From Nitrospirales bacterium (GTDB taxonomy: Bacteria > Nitrospirota > Nitrospiria > Nitrospirales > UBA8639): a stretch of DNA of 64,000 nucleotides. The DNA lies in contig CBDBCZ010000018.1 of NCBI GenBank assembly GCA_965203295.1, positions 160,001 to 224,000 on the forward strand, given 5' to 3'. Below the pieces are notes generated by a model. That model did no database searches. It saw only the letters and a program-made list of their open reading frames with translations, and was not told the DNA's origin. The translations under genes were made by a program, and so were the position numbers. This document shows positions 1 through 13,100 of the stretch, piece after piece; positions within the stretch are counted from its first letter, which is position 1; the number at the start of each line of letters is the position of its first letter.

Positions 1-911
1 ACAACAGATCCCAACACGCTGTACACAAACAAACACGCGCTTAATCACCGTCCTCACCGAAGTCATCTGATTCAAACTGGGCCCAAAATTCTGGGCCTTG
101 CTCTTCCAGGAATTTCACCATTTCCTCCGCCATGCTGCAATTGACACAAAAAGAAACACTGCACCTATATACACACAAGCAATTCTCCCAACACCGGATA
201 TCAAATGCAAACGGGTGGAGCTGAAAACACGCCCCCTTCACGCAATATGACGCGAAATAAAGGTGGAGCTGAAGCTACGCCCACACAAGCGCTCTACTAT
301 TTCAAACTACGGAGATGCAGACCGTGAACTACGGAGATGCAGACCGTGGAACGTAAGTCAACGGCCACCCTTTCTCCCACTATACAACACCTCACCCTTC
401 CTTCCCTCTCCAGAACAACTCCGGCAAGTGTTGATCAACGGCCGCCGCCCTCCCCCGCAACCACCGGCACAGCAGCCCCTGGGCAACAGCACACCCGACC
501 ACCCTCGGCAATACGCCGAGGGCACCCACCATCCCGGGGCCCCCATCGAGCCACTAACAGAAACGGACCCCCCTCTCAACGAGGGCGGCGGCAACCAGCA
601 AACCGCTGACGCCAACCCCCCCCCCCCACCGCTGCCGTCGACATGCCCCCTATGTACATTCCACCACCTGTACAAATGCATGCTCCACCCTTCACCCCAC
701 ATCTTCTTCCAACACAGAACAAACCCTTATCCTTTATCAATCCCCAGGGGCGCACCACCATTAATGTATACCAACTGCTCCCGGGGTATCAGCTGCCCCT
801 ACCACCTGCGCCTCAATGAACTTCTATTTATCTTCCTGTAACCATCGATCATGATTCTAATCTGTATAACCTGTACACTTATACACTCTTGAACTGTAAC
901 CATCCAATCAA

Positions 912-1322
912 ATGAAATTAATCACTTGCCAACTCCAACGATTCCTGCACGCTGAATGCACGCATGGTGAGACAGTGGTGGTGGCAAAACAAATGAGCCA
1001 CAGCCCAGCCACCTCGGCAAAATATTATGACCTCGTACAAGGAAAGGCAGCAGCTGTTCACGCTCGCCACATCAGAGAGCGAGTCATGACTGAGGCCAGA
1101 GAAGTCACGGAGGAGCAGCAAGGCTCATCAACCAGTCCCTCTCTGAGGCAAGCCTACACAGAACAAGAAGCAGCCATCAGAAAATACTTCAAGAAATTCA
1201 TAAAGACTGGGAGTTCCCTTACCAGCTGCCATCTGTGCGACATTTTTTTCGCTGAACAAGTACATTAATCGTACAAAAAGTAAATTCAGGACAAGATTTG
1301 GGCCATCAACTCACGCCGATAA
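912..1322 (+). pseudogene. C-terminal remnant of a Crypton-like tyrosine recombinase
   Basis: VAKQMSHSPATSAKYY fits the YR H...Y catalytic box. It is followed by EAAIRKYF...IQDKI, homologous to the C-terminus of the YR at 21.1-22.8 kb. Stops are present. Confidence 0.7.
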
Positions 1323-1348
1323 GTGAGTAAAAATACATCTACCCTTAA

Positions 1349-1981
1349 CTCATTGCACGCGGAAATTACGTCATCTTGGGCGTCACCGTACGCGAATTAA
1401 TTTACCTCGTGCATATCATTAGCGTTGGAGTAAAACGTGCTGAGTTTGCTGCGAGTGTTGAGTAGATAAAACAGCTATTGGCGACTCCTAGCTGTGAAAG
1501 GGTTTGTGTGGCCTCTATATGGACGCAAACGAAGCCAGTACATCGAATTTCCAGCTGTTCTGAACCGGGAAGCGTAGACGGTAAGTTTTGAGTGTACTAG
1601 CAAGCCTTAGCGTGGTAGCTAGAAGCTTTCCGTGATGCTTATATCCCCAGTTGTGATGTAGTGTGGTTAGATGGATTGTCCGTGCATCGAGCGCGTCTAC
1701 TAAAAGCCTTAGAACTCTCGATCCTGCAAGCGCTTATCTAAGACTATGTACCGTGTATTGACGATCTGGCTGGTACTCGTGCTTTAGTTGCTCGAAATGA
1801 CTTCCGGCATTTAGGCTAAGAATATTTACTTGTAATTACAGCCTGTTTCTGATAATAGAAGGGTTCTCACCTAAGGGAAGCGCCGCTATGCACGCGGGCC
1901 ACTTTAATGGCCTTCCGCGTGGGCTACACGCGAAAAATTATTGAATACGGGCCACTTTAGTGGCCTCCCGCGTGCAATGAG
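1349..1981. mobile_element. piggyBac-type MITE family 1 (633 bp)
   Basis: TTAA at 1345-1348 and 1982-1985. TIR CTCATTGCACGCGG / CCGCGTGCAATGAG. Empty TTAA site in the paralogous copy at 8230-8233. Confidence 0.95.
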
Positions 1982-2044
1982 TTAATTACGTAATATATGC
2001 GTAGCCCACATGCGAATTGCCCCTTAGTGAAATCTATCTTAAAA

Positions 2045-4520
2045 ACTTTCCTGCTTGAAAATACGAGCATTAGCATTTTAGTCTTTCTTATAGTAGCTAA
2101 GTAGCTATAGTGTGCAGTGGTATGTGAGCGTCTGGACGTCCAAGAAGTGAAGGCAACCCTCGACAAGTGCGGCATTACAAACCACAGCATTGGATTTGTA
2201 CACACCAACACTCCTCCAGCAGCTTCTGCCTGTAAGTTGCACATTTCATATGGGATAAAATAGTTTTAACATTTATACGGCTCCTTAAGCTGCTTCAAAC
2301 TGTAACTTAATCACACAATTCGTTGCAGAAAGCAAACGGGCCCCGTGCTAGTCGGTTCCACATTTGCAATGGAGAGGAAGGACTGTTCCCCGTACCTTTT
2401 GTTAAGTAATACTGAACAATTTCTGTTATATAATTACTGCTACCAGAAGTGAATGGTTGGACTCACGACATGACTACATGGGACAAGGTAAATCATCACT
2501 TATTTGTCTGCAACACATATTCCATGACTGACAGTCCGAGTAAAGTTGAACTGTATGTGCATGATTGTTGAATTATAATAATGTAATATCCAGGTGGAGA
2601 TGTGTAGGATGACGCTGTATGAGCTCTCAAGTACAGACGAAACAGGAAGTTCCAAGCAAGAAGCCAGAGAACTGGAAATCCAAGTGTTCTGAGATACTCA
2701 TGCAGAGTGCATGTAAGTTTTGTTGAGTTGAATGCCATTTAAATGCTACTAGGAAAACCTTTCCTGCTTGAAAATACGAGCATTAGCATTTTAGTCTTTC
2801 TTCTCATATTAGCTATAGTGTGCAGTGGTGTGTGAGTGTCTGGACGTCCAAGAAGTGAAGGCAACCCTCGACAAGTGCGGCATTACAAACCACAGCATTG
2901 GATTTGTACACACCAAGACTCCTCCAGCAGCTTCTGCCTGTAAGTTGCACATTTCATATGGGATAAAATAGTTTTAACATTTATAAGGCTCCTTAATAAC
3001 CCTTTATACCCTGTATTGCGCATGCGCATTACGTCAGTCAATTACCAGAATAATTTAATTACGGCACGAGGACGGTAGTATGTTCGGTTTATGGCTTTGT
3101 AACGAAAGACGGGGGATGACTTGGACTAAACTCTCTACAGAACTGAAGAGTAGAGCTCCCAAGCTTTCATTTGATGTCGGATTCAAGCATGATTGACGGA
3201 AGGAAAGTGCCAAGCGGCAGCGGATTTTCGGTACCGAACGATAATTAAATATCATCGCCACTTACTTTCTGGGAATGACGCCCTGAAGGACAAGCGAGAC
3301 GTCCATTGACTTGCAGCGGTATTGTAGGAGACAGCTAGCCATATTTTCGAACTGCTACTGCCGTACAGTAGCCTAGAATTCTGCTCTATATTTTATCGGT
3401 TCGTGAACAGATGTTATTCATTGCGGATTTTGTCGTGATCTACCTGGGTAAGTCCCTGAAAATAGTGCTAAAATGAAAGAATCTGTCTGCTGGAGCGTCA
3501 CTAACCACAGTGGGGATCTCCCTGGAGCGTCACTTTCCGGTAGAGTCTCGATCATATTCAATGACGTGTACACACGTCGACGGTAATGTACGCGTTCAAT
3601 ATTTATGACGTGTGTAAACGTCTACGGGGTTTAAAGGGTTAAGCTGCTTCAAATTGTAACTTAATCACACAATTCGTTCAATATTTTAAAATACTCTCCA
3701 TCTTCATTCACCATAAACTATAGCTTCAGGTGCTTTCAGAAAGCAAATGGGCCCCGTGCTAGTCGGTTCCACATTTGCAATGGACAGGAAGGAGTGTTTC
3801 CCGTACCTTTTGTTAAGCAATACTGAACAGTTTCTGTTATATAATTATTGCTACCAGAAGTGAATGGTTGGACTCACGACATGACTACATGGGACAAGGT
3901 AAATCATCACTTATTTGTCTGCAACACATATTGCATGACTGACAGTCCGAGTAAAGTTGAACTGTATGTGCATGATTGTTGAATTATAATGTAATATCCA
4001 GGTGGAGATGTGTAGGATGACGCTGTATGAGCTCTCAAGTACAGACGAAACAGGAGGTTCCAAGCAAGAAGCCAGAGAACTGGAAATCCAAGTGTTCTGA
4101 GATACTCATGCAGAGTGCATGTAAGTTTTGTTGAGTTGAATGCCATTTATTAAATGCTACTAGGAAAACCTTTCCTGCTTGAAAATACGAGCATTAGCAT
4201 TTTAGTCTTTCTTCTCATATTAGCTATAGTGTGCAGTGGTGTGTGAGTGTCTGGACGTCGAAGAAGTGAAGGCAACCCTCGACAAGTGCGGCATTACAAA
4301 CTACAGCATTGGATTTGTACACACCAAGACTCCTCCAGCAGCTTCTGCCTGTAAGTTGCACATTTCATATGGGATAAAATAGTTTTAACATTTATAAGGC
4401 TCCTTAAGCTGCTTCAAATTGTAACTTAATCACACAATTCGTTCAATATTTTAAAATACTCTCCATCTTCATTCTTATTAAACTATAGCTTCAGGTGCTT
4501 TCAGAAAGCAAACGGGCCTA
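2045..4520. repeat. ~770-bp tandem subrepeat (starts ~2045, ~2757, ~4168; ~8293 and ~9053 in copy 2) containing exon-like segments
   Basis: Recurring ttcctgcttgaaaatacgagcattagc. Exon-like block VCERLDVQEVKATLDKCGITNHSIGFVHT ends in a gtaag donor. Confidence 0.85.
3000..3638. mobile_element. piggyBac-type MITE family 2 (639 bp)
   Basis: TIR CCCTTTATACCC / GGGTTTAAAGGG. Right TTAA 3639-3642, left flank ttaataa. Empty sites ctccTTAAg in paralogous subrepeats (2285, 4404, 8526). Confidence 0.92.
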
Positions 4521-4549
4521 GCCAGGCCAAAGGGCCCCGCCAGACTAGT

Positions 4550-5200
4550 GTGTCCGCTCTGGAAATACTAATCACCGGTGAACAGACACACGAGATTCCC
4601 ATAGACAGGCCCCTGCCTTCAGACGACTGGAAGAGGGGAGCCATTCAAATGCTCGCCGCACACTCACAAATGACAATCGCCGACCGCCTTTTCGAGCCGG
4701 ACAGGCCGCGCGAGCTGCGCTGCCGGGAAATAGCGCCTCACACGCGTGTGCGCATTGTCGGCGACGGGAACTGCCTCTTTCGCACATTTTCCTGACACCT
4801 CACCAGCACGGAAGGCAACCACGCGGCCATCTGACAAGCACTACTGACTGGCCCACCTCCGTCGTAACCCCCACTACATGCAATGCGAGCTGCGGGGTGT
4901 GGACAGAGTTGTGCACACAGACTGTGACACACGATACTACTTCTGGCTGGAGTATGCCGAGAGCTACATCGAAGCGCAAGCCTGCGCTCGAGGCTCTGCA
5001 AGGTAGAGGACCGACTTCAACGTCTGGCTTCTGGCAGACTTGCTCAATGTCAACGTAGTGATCTTCACAGACTTTTACGGCCAGAGAAAGTGGGTACAGT
5101 ACGCCCCACGAATGGGAGGACACAGGGTTGGTCAATATGCATTGTATATATCACACACCGAGCCTACATCACTATGACTGTGTCTTTCCCCACATGTGAG
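4550..5200 (+). pseudogene. OTU-family cysteine protease (deubiquitinase-like) pseudogene
   Basis: Cys box IVGDGNCLFRTFS, then HL...NH, LADLLNVNVVIF and His box HYDCVFP in shifted frames. Stops and frameshifts. Confidence 0.8.
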
Positions 5201-6509
5201 TCCTTCACGATTCCACTAGGACGATCACGGTCCGACGCCCATTTGTGGCCCGATACGGCATTGCCTACTGCTTTGCACAACACGTGCACGTACCTGAGCA
5301 GGTACTCAGACATACGAGTCCAATGCTGCACATGGTAAACCGCTGTGAAAACAGCGACCCTGTCCCTGTCTCTCCCCCCCCCTCTTCAAGGTAATAGCAC
5401 CCTTCATTAGACCACTTGAGCATAGCCTACATCCTTTACAGAGGGTGCCATTACCTTTCCATAACACAGCACCTAGGCAACACTCGCTGCTGCCCAGCTG
5501 TTGCGTCTCCTCCCTCTCTCCGTCCCGGCTCCCCATTCAGCGTTGAGCCCTGCTCGCCGTGTCCAGTAGTGAGTTAAACGGCTGCTGTCCATGTTTGCCG
5601 ACGGCGCCCACACATGCGCCATGTCAGACCAGCATTGAAGCAAGCAGTATAGATCTCACGTGCGCAACACTGGGCTGCAACATACTCCGGGGTCCTCGTC
5701 CCGCAGCCTGGGATCAGGAAACCTCCCCATCCCCCATGCATCGCATATGCGGGCGAAGGCCTTCCAGGAGTACAAAAATCGAAACCTGTATTATGCACAC
5801 CATCCTCAACAAGTTCCATTCCAACACCATCCACCATCCACATTTGCACTTACACATGCGCTACACATTACCAACCACAATGACATGCCCACTTCACCTC
5901 ATATGGAGACATGCATACCAATCATACATGCACTCAAACACCACACATTCGCCCATCCTCCTGCCATCACTTACAACATGCACCTACACACCTGTACACG
6001 TCACATTTCACCTCAACCCCACACACCACAACCCAAACACAACTGTACATTACCCCACTCTACTCGTTCAGTCCATCCCACAGCCTAAATAACCCACTAA
6101 TACACACCCCATAATACAAGCACATCACGACCACTTTGCCCCTTATCACCGAAAATTTCAGCAATACCAAAGTACATTGATGTGAGCGAAAAGCATTGCT
6201 GATGAACACAAAAGTAAGCATCATGAAAACCAGTCAATCTGAGCTCGATATACTGTAATCTCCTTATTTATTTAGATAGTGCTTACTATTCACAAGTAGG
6301 CCTTATAATAGCTATTACAAGGCATTGTGAATGATTATCGATTACTACGCAGCAGCAGCCGCCCACACTACAGACCCTATCCATGCCTAAGTTAGCCCCG
6401 CCCACTCATGCACACACTTGTCCCTGTCATGCACCTCTGCCACAACCATACACGCGGCACACGCATCCAGAGAATCCCCAGCAGTACTGAACTCATTGGC
6501 AATAAATGC

Positions 6510-6552
6510 TATATATTATTATATAATATAATATAATATAATATAATATAAT
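6510..6552. repeat. (TATAA)n-like microsatellite
   Basis: atataatataatataatata run. Confidence 0.85.
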
Positions 6553-7827
6553 CAAAATTTGAATGATGAATAATGTGATGGATAATATTATGATCATGGA
6601 GTTCACGCATCTCATGTCAGTTGGTGCCGCTTCCTGTACAGTTGTCACCGGCATTGTGGTCCTACAGCAAACACATAAGAACAGCATGTAACTACAACCC
6701 CATAAAAAACACTGGGCACACAACTCGCCAAACCACAACTATCTGCGAACACCACCAAAACCACCCCCAACACACCTCGGCAGCAGCCTCCTCCCCCTCC
6801 TTTACCACCTCGTGAGCATGAAGCTGGCTGCCTCCTTGCGGTTCTTGCCCCCGACCTAAATAAAACACAACTACGCATTACAACTACAAATACAACAGAT
6901 CCCAACACGCTGTACACAAACAAACACGCGCTTAATCACCGTCCTCACCGAAGTCATCTGATTCAAACGGGGCCCAAAATTCTGGGCCTTGCTCTTCTAG
7001 GAATTTCACCATTTCTTCCGCCATGCTGCAATTGACACAAAAAGAAACACTGCACCTATATACACACAAGCAATTCTCCCAACACCGGATATCAAATGCA
7101 AACGGGTGGAGCTGAAAACACGCCCCCTTCACACAATATGACGCGAAATAAAGATGGAGCTGAAGCTATGCCCACACAAGCGCTCTACTATTTCACTGCC
7201 TCCACTTGCACACTTGTGCATTTTGCGAACTACGGAGATGCAGACCGTGGAACGTAAGTCAACGGCCACCCTTTCACCCACTATACAACACCTCACCCTT
7301 CCTTCTTTCTCCAGAACAACTCCGGCGAGTGTCGATCAACGGCCGCCGCCCTCCCCGCAACCACCGGCACAGCAGCCCCTGGGCAACAGCACACCCGACC
7401 ACCCTTGGCAACACGCCGAGGGCACCCACCATCCCGGGCCCCCCATCGAGCCACTAACAGAAACGGATCCTCCTCTCAACGAGGGCAGCGGCAACCAGCA
7501 AACCGCTGACGGCAACGACGCCAACCCCCCCCCCCCCCCCCCCCCCACCGCTGCCGTCGACATGCCCCCTATGTACGTTCCACCACCTGTACAAATGCAT
7601 GCTCCACCCTTCACCCCACATCTTCCAACACAGAACAAACCCTTCTCCTTTATCAATCCCCAGGGGCGCACCACCATTAATGTATACCAACTGCTCCCGG
7701 GGTATCAGCTGCCCCTACCACCAGCGCCTCAATGAACTTCTATTTATCTTCCTGTAACCATCGATCATGATTCTAATCTGTATAACCTGTACACTTATAC
7801 ACTCTTGAACTGTAACCATCCAATCAA

Positions 7828-8207
7828 ATGAAATTAATCACTTGCCAACTCCAACGATTCCTGCACGCTGAATGCACGCATGGTGAGACAGTGGTGGTGG
7901 CAAAACAAATGAGCCACAGCCCAGCCACCTCGGCAAAATATTATGACCTCGTACAAGGAAAGGCAGCAACTGTTCACGCTCGCCACATCAGAGAGCGAGT
8001 CATGACTGAGGCCAGAGAAGTCACGGAGGAGCAGCAAGGCTACACAGACCAAGAAGCAGCCATCAGAAATACTTCAAGAAATTCATAAAGACTAGGAGTT
8101 CCCTTACCAGCTGCCATCTGTGCGACATTTTTGTCGCTGAACAAGTACATTAATCGTACAAAAAGTAAATTCAGGACAAGATTCGGGCCATTAACTCACG
8201 CCGATAA
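7828..8207 (+). pseudogene. Duplicate YR C-terminal remnant
   Basis: Same motif; a small deletion frameshifts the ORF; IQDKIR near the end. Confidence 0.7.
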
Positions 8208-9430
8208 GTGAGTAAAAATACATCTACCCTTAATTACGTAATAAATGCGTAGCCCACATGCGAATTGCCTCTTAGTGAACTCTATCTTAAAAACTTTCCT
8301 GCTTTAAAATACGAGCATTAGCATTTTAGTCTTTCTTCTCAGTAGCTATGGTGTGCAAAGGTATGTGAGCGTCTGGACGTCCAAGAAGTGAAGTCAACCC
8401 TCGACAAGTGCGGCATTACAAACCGCAGCATTGGATTTGTACACACCAAGACTCCTCCAGCAGCTTCTGCCTGTAAATTGCACATTTCATATGGGATAAA
8501 ATAGTTTTAACATTTATACGGCTCCTTAAGCTGCTTCAAACTGTAACTTAATCACACAAATCGTTCAATATTTTAAAATACTCTCCATCTTCATTCTCCT
8601 TAAACTATAGCTTCAGGTGCTTTCAGAAAGCAAACGGGCCCCGTGCTAGTCGGTTCCACATTTGCAATGGACAGGAAGGAGTGTTCCCTGTACCTTTTGT
8701 TAAGCAATACTGAACAATTTCTGTGATACCAGAAGTGAATGGTTGGACTCACGACATGACTACATGGGACAAGGTAAATCATCACTTATTTGTCAGCAAC
8801 ACATAATATTTATTGCATGACTGACAGTCCGAGTAAAGTTGAACTGTATGTGCATGATTGTTGAATTATAATAATGTAATATCCAGGTGGAGATGTGTAG
8901 GATGACGCTGTATGACCTCTCAAGTACAGACGAAACAGAGGAGGTTCCAAGCAAGAAGCCAGAGAACTGGAAATCCAAGTGTTCTGAGATACCCATGCAG
9001 AGTGCATGTAAGTTTTGTTGAGTTCAATGCTATTTAAATGCTACTAGGAAAACCTTTCCTGCTTGAAAATACGAGCATTAGCATTTCAGTCTTTCTTCTC
9101 ATAGTAGCTATAGTGTGCAGTGGTGTGTGAGTGTCTGGACGTCCAAGAAGTGAAGGCAACCCTCGACAAGTGTGGCATTACAAACCACAGCATTGGATTT
9201 GTACACACCAAGACTCCTCCAGCAGCTTCTGCCTGTAAGTTGCACATTTCATATGGGATAAAATAGTTTAGCATTTATACGGCTCCTTAAGATGCTTCAA
9301 ATTGTAACTTAATAACACAATTCGTTCAATATTTTAAAATACTCTCCATCTTCATTCTTATTAAACTATAGCTTCTGGTGCTTTCAGAAAGCAAACGGGC
9401 CTAGCCAGGCCAAAGTGCCCCGCCAGACTA

Positions 9431-10040
9431 GTGTGCCCGCTCCGGAAATACTAATCGCCGGTGAAGAGACATACGACATTCCCATAGACAGGCCCCTGCC
9501 TTCAGACGACTGGAAGAGGGAGCCATTCAAATGCTCGCCGCACACTCACAAATGACAATCGCCGACCGCCTTTCCGAGCCGGACAGGCCTTGCGAGCTGC
9601 GCTGCCGGGAAATAGCGCCTCATACACGTGTGCGCATTGTCGGCGACGGGAACTGCCTCTTTCGCACATTTTCCTGACATCTCACCGGCACGGAAGGCAA
9701 CCACACGGCCATCTGACAAGCACTACTGACTGGCCCACCTCCGTCGCAACCCCCACTACATGCAATGTGAGCTGCGGGGTGTGGACAGAGTCGTGCACAC
9801 AGACTGTGACACACGATACTACACTTCTGGCTGGAGTATGCCGAGAGCTACATCGAAGCGCAAGCCCGCGCTCGAGGCTCTGCAAGGTGGAGGACCGATT
9901 TCCACGTCTGACTTCTGGTAGACTTGCTCAATGTCAACGTAGTGATCTTCACAGACTTCTACGGGTTGGTCAATATGCATTGTACATATCACACACCGAG
10001 CCTAGATCACTACGACTGTGTCTTTCCCCACATGTGCGTC
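9431..10040 (+). pseudogene. Duplicate OTU pseudogene
   Basis: Paralogue of 4550-5200. ORF 9924 shows LNVNVVIFTDFYG...DHYDCVFP. Confidence 0.8.
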
Positions 10041-10140
10041 CTTCACGATTCCACTAGCACGATCACGGTCCGGCGCCCATTTGTGGCCCGATACGGCATT
10101 GCCTACTGCTTTGCACAACACGTGCATGTACCTGAGCAGG

Positions 10141-13100
10141 CCGACTGAACCGCCTGGCTGTTTGCCGACTGAACCGCCTGTTCGGTTACCGCACAGGGCT
10201 GTTCGCTGACCTAACAGCCTGTTCGGTGACCGCACATGGCTGTTCGCTGATCGAACCGCCTTTTCGGTGACCGCACAGGGTTGTTCGCTGACTGAACGAC
10301 CTGTTCGGCGACTGCACAGTGCTGTTCACTGACCGAACAGCCTGTTCGGTGACCGCACTAGGCTGTTTGCTGAACGAACCGCCAGTTTGGTTACTGCGCA
10401 GGATAGTTCGCTGACCGAACAGCCTGTTTGGTTACCGCACAGCCCAGTTCGCTGACCGAACCACGTGTTCGGTGACCGCACAGCCCTGTTCGCTGACCAA
10501 ACAGCCTGTTCAACGACCGCACAAGGCTGTTTGCGGACCGAACCGCCAGCTTGGTTGTTTCACAGGGCTTTTTGCTGACCGAAAAACCTTTTTGGTTACC
10601 GCACAGCCCTGTTCGCTGACCAAACTACGTGTTCGGTGAAAGCACAGGGCTGTTCGCTGATCGAACAGCCGGTTTCGTGACAGCACAAGGCTGTTCGCTG
10701 AATGAACCGCCAGTTCGGTGACGGCACAAGGTTGTTCGCTAACCGAACCTCCTGTTCGGTTACCGCACAGGGCTGTTCGCTGACCGAACCGCCTATTTTG
10801 TTACCGCACAGCCCTGTTCGCTGACTGAACAGCCTGTTTGGTGACCGCAACTGGCGGTTCGCTGACCGAACCGCCTGTTTGGTTACCGCACAGGGCAGTT
10901 CGCCGAGCAAACAGCCTGTTCGGCGACCGCACAGGGTTGTTCGCTGACCAAACCGCCTGTTTGGTTACCGCACAGCCCTGTTCACAGACAGAACAGCCTG
11001 TTCTGTGACAGCACATGGCTGTTCGCTGACCGAACCGCATGTTCCGTGACCGAACAGGGTTGTTCGCTGACCGAACCGCCTGTTCAGTGAGCGCACAGGG
11101 TTGTTGGCCGACTGAACCGCCTGTTCCGTTACCGCACAGGGCTGTTCGCTGACCTAACAGCCTGTTCGGTGACCGCACATGGCTGTTCGCTGATCGAACC
11201 GCCTTTTCGGTGACCGCACAGGGTAGTTCGCTGACTGAACGACCTGTTCGGCGACTGCACAGTGCTGTTCACTGACTGAACAGCCTGTTCGGTGACCGCA
11301 CTAGGCTGTTTGCTGAACGAACCGCCAGTTTGGTTACTGCACAGGATAGTTCGCTGACCGAACAGCCTGTTTGGTTACCGCACAGCCTAGTTCGCTGACC
11401 GAACCACGTGTTCGGTGACCGCACAGCCCTGTTCGCTGACCAAACAGCCTGTTCAACGACCGCACAAGGCTGTTTGCTGACCGAACCGCCAGCTTGGTTG
11501 TTTCACAGGGCTTTTTGCTGACCGAAAAACCTTTTTGGTTACCGCACAGCCCTGTTCGCTGACCAAACTACGTGTTCGGTGAAAGCACAGGGCTGTTCGC
11601 TGATCGAACAGCCGGTTTCGTGACCGCACAAGGCTGTTCGCTGAATGAACCGCCAGTTCGGTGACGGCACAAGGTTGTTCGCTAACCGAACCTCCTGTTC
11701 GGTTACCGCACAGGGCTGTTCGCTGACCGAACCGCCTATTTTGTTACCGCACAGCCCTGTTCGCTGACTGAACAGCCTGTTTGGTGACCGCAACTGGCAG
11801 TTTGCTGACCGAACCGCCTGTTTGGTTACCGCACAGGGCAGTTCGCCGAGCAAACAGCCTGTTCGGCTACCGCACAGGGTTGTTCGCTGACCAAACCGCC
11901 TGTTTGGTTACCGCACAGCCCTGTTCACAGACAGAACAGCCTGTTCTGTGACAGCACATGGCTGTTCGCTGACCGAACCGCATGTTCCGTGACCGAACAG
12001 GGTTGTTCGCTGACCGAACCGCCTGTTCAGTGAGCGCACAGGGTTGTTGGCTGACTGAACCGCCTGTTCCGTTACCGCACAGGGCTGTTCGCTGACCTAA
12101 CAGCCTGTTCGGTGACCGCACATGGCTGTTCGCTGATCGAACCGCCTTTTCGGTGACCGCACAGGGTTGTTCGCTGACTGAACGACCTGTTCGGCGACTG
12201 CACAGTGCTGTTCACTGATTGAACAGCCTGTTCGGTGACCGCACTAGGCTGTTTGCTGAACGAACCGCCAGTTTGGTTACTGCACAGGATAGTTCGCTGA
12301 CCGAACAGCCTGTTTGGTTACCGCACAGCCCAGTTCGCTGACCGAACCACGTGTTCGGTGACCGCACAGCCCTGTTCACTGACCAAACAGCCTGTTCAAC
12401 GACTGCACAAGGCTGTTTGCTGACTGAACCGCCAGCTTGGTTGTTTCACAGGGCTTTTTGCTGACCGAAAAACCTTTTTGGTTACCGCACAGCCCTGTTC
12501 GCTGACCAAACTATGTGTTCGGTGAAAGCACAGGGCTGTTCGCTGATCGAACAGCCGGTTTGGTGACCGCACAAGGCTGTTTGCTGAACGAACCGCCAGT
12601 TCGGTGACGGCACAAGGTTGTTCGCTAACCGAACCTCCTGTTCGGTTACCGCACAGGGCTGTTCGCTGACCGAACCGGCTATTTTGTTACCGCACAGCCC
12701 TGTTCGCTGACTGAACAGCCTGTTTGGTGACCGCAACTGGCGGTTCGCTGACCGAACCGCCTGTTTGGTTACCGCACAGGGCAGTTCGCCGAGCAAACAG
12801 CCTGTTCGGCGACCGCACAGGGCTGTTCGCTAACCGAACAGCCTGTTTGGCGACCGCACAAGGCTGTTCGCTGACCAAACCACAAGCTTGGTTAGTGCAC
12901 AGGGCTTATAGCTGATCGAACAGCCTGTTTGGTTACCGCACAGCCCTGTTCTCTGACCAAACCACATGTTCGGTGACCGCACAGCCCTGTTCGCTGACCG
13001 CACAGCCCTGTTCGCTGACCAAACTGCCTGTTTGGTTACCGCACAGAGCTGTTCACTGACCGAACAGCCTGTTCGGCGACCGCACAGGGTTGTTTGCTGA

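Larger units (their letters stand above)
1..5302. repeat. Copy 1 of a ~6.9-kb tandem segmental duplication (YR remnant + ~770-bp subrepeats + OTU pseudogene)
   Basis: Position 1 (acaacagatcccaacacgct) aligns to 6892. Near-identity continues to ...cctgagcagg (5302 vs 10140). ORF 41..241 recurs at 6932..7132. Confidence 0.95.
6892..10140. repeat. Copy 2 of the duplicated unit, truncated by the 41-bp satellite
   Basis: Matches 1-5302 but lacks both MITEs and one ~770-bp subrepeat. Ends at gagcagg where the satellite starts. Confidence 0.95.

Noticed and set aside
5559..6114. His/Thr-rich ORFs (also 62149-62790)
   Set aside because: CA-rich low-complexity sequence is naturally stop-poor; no motif.
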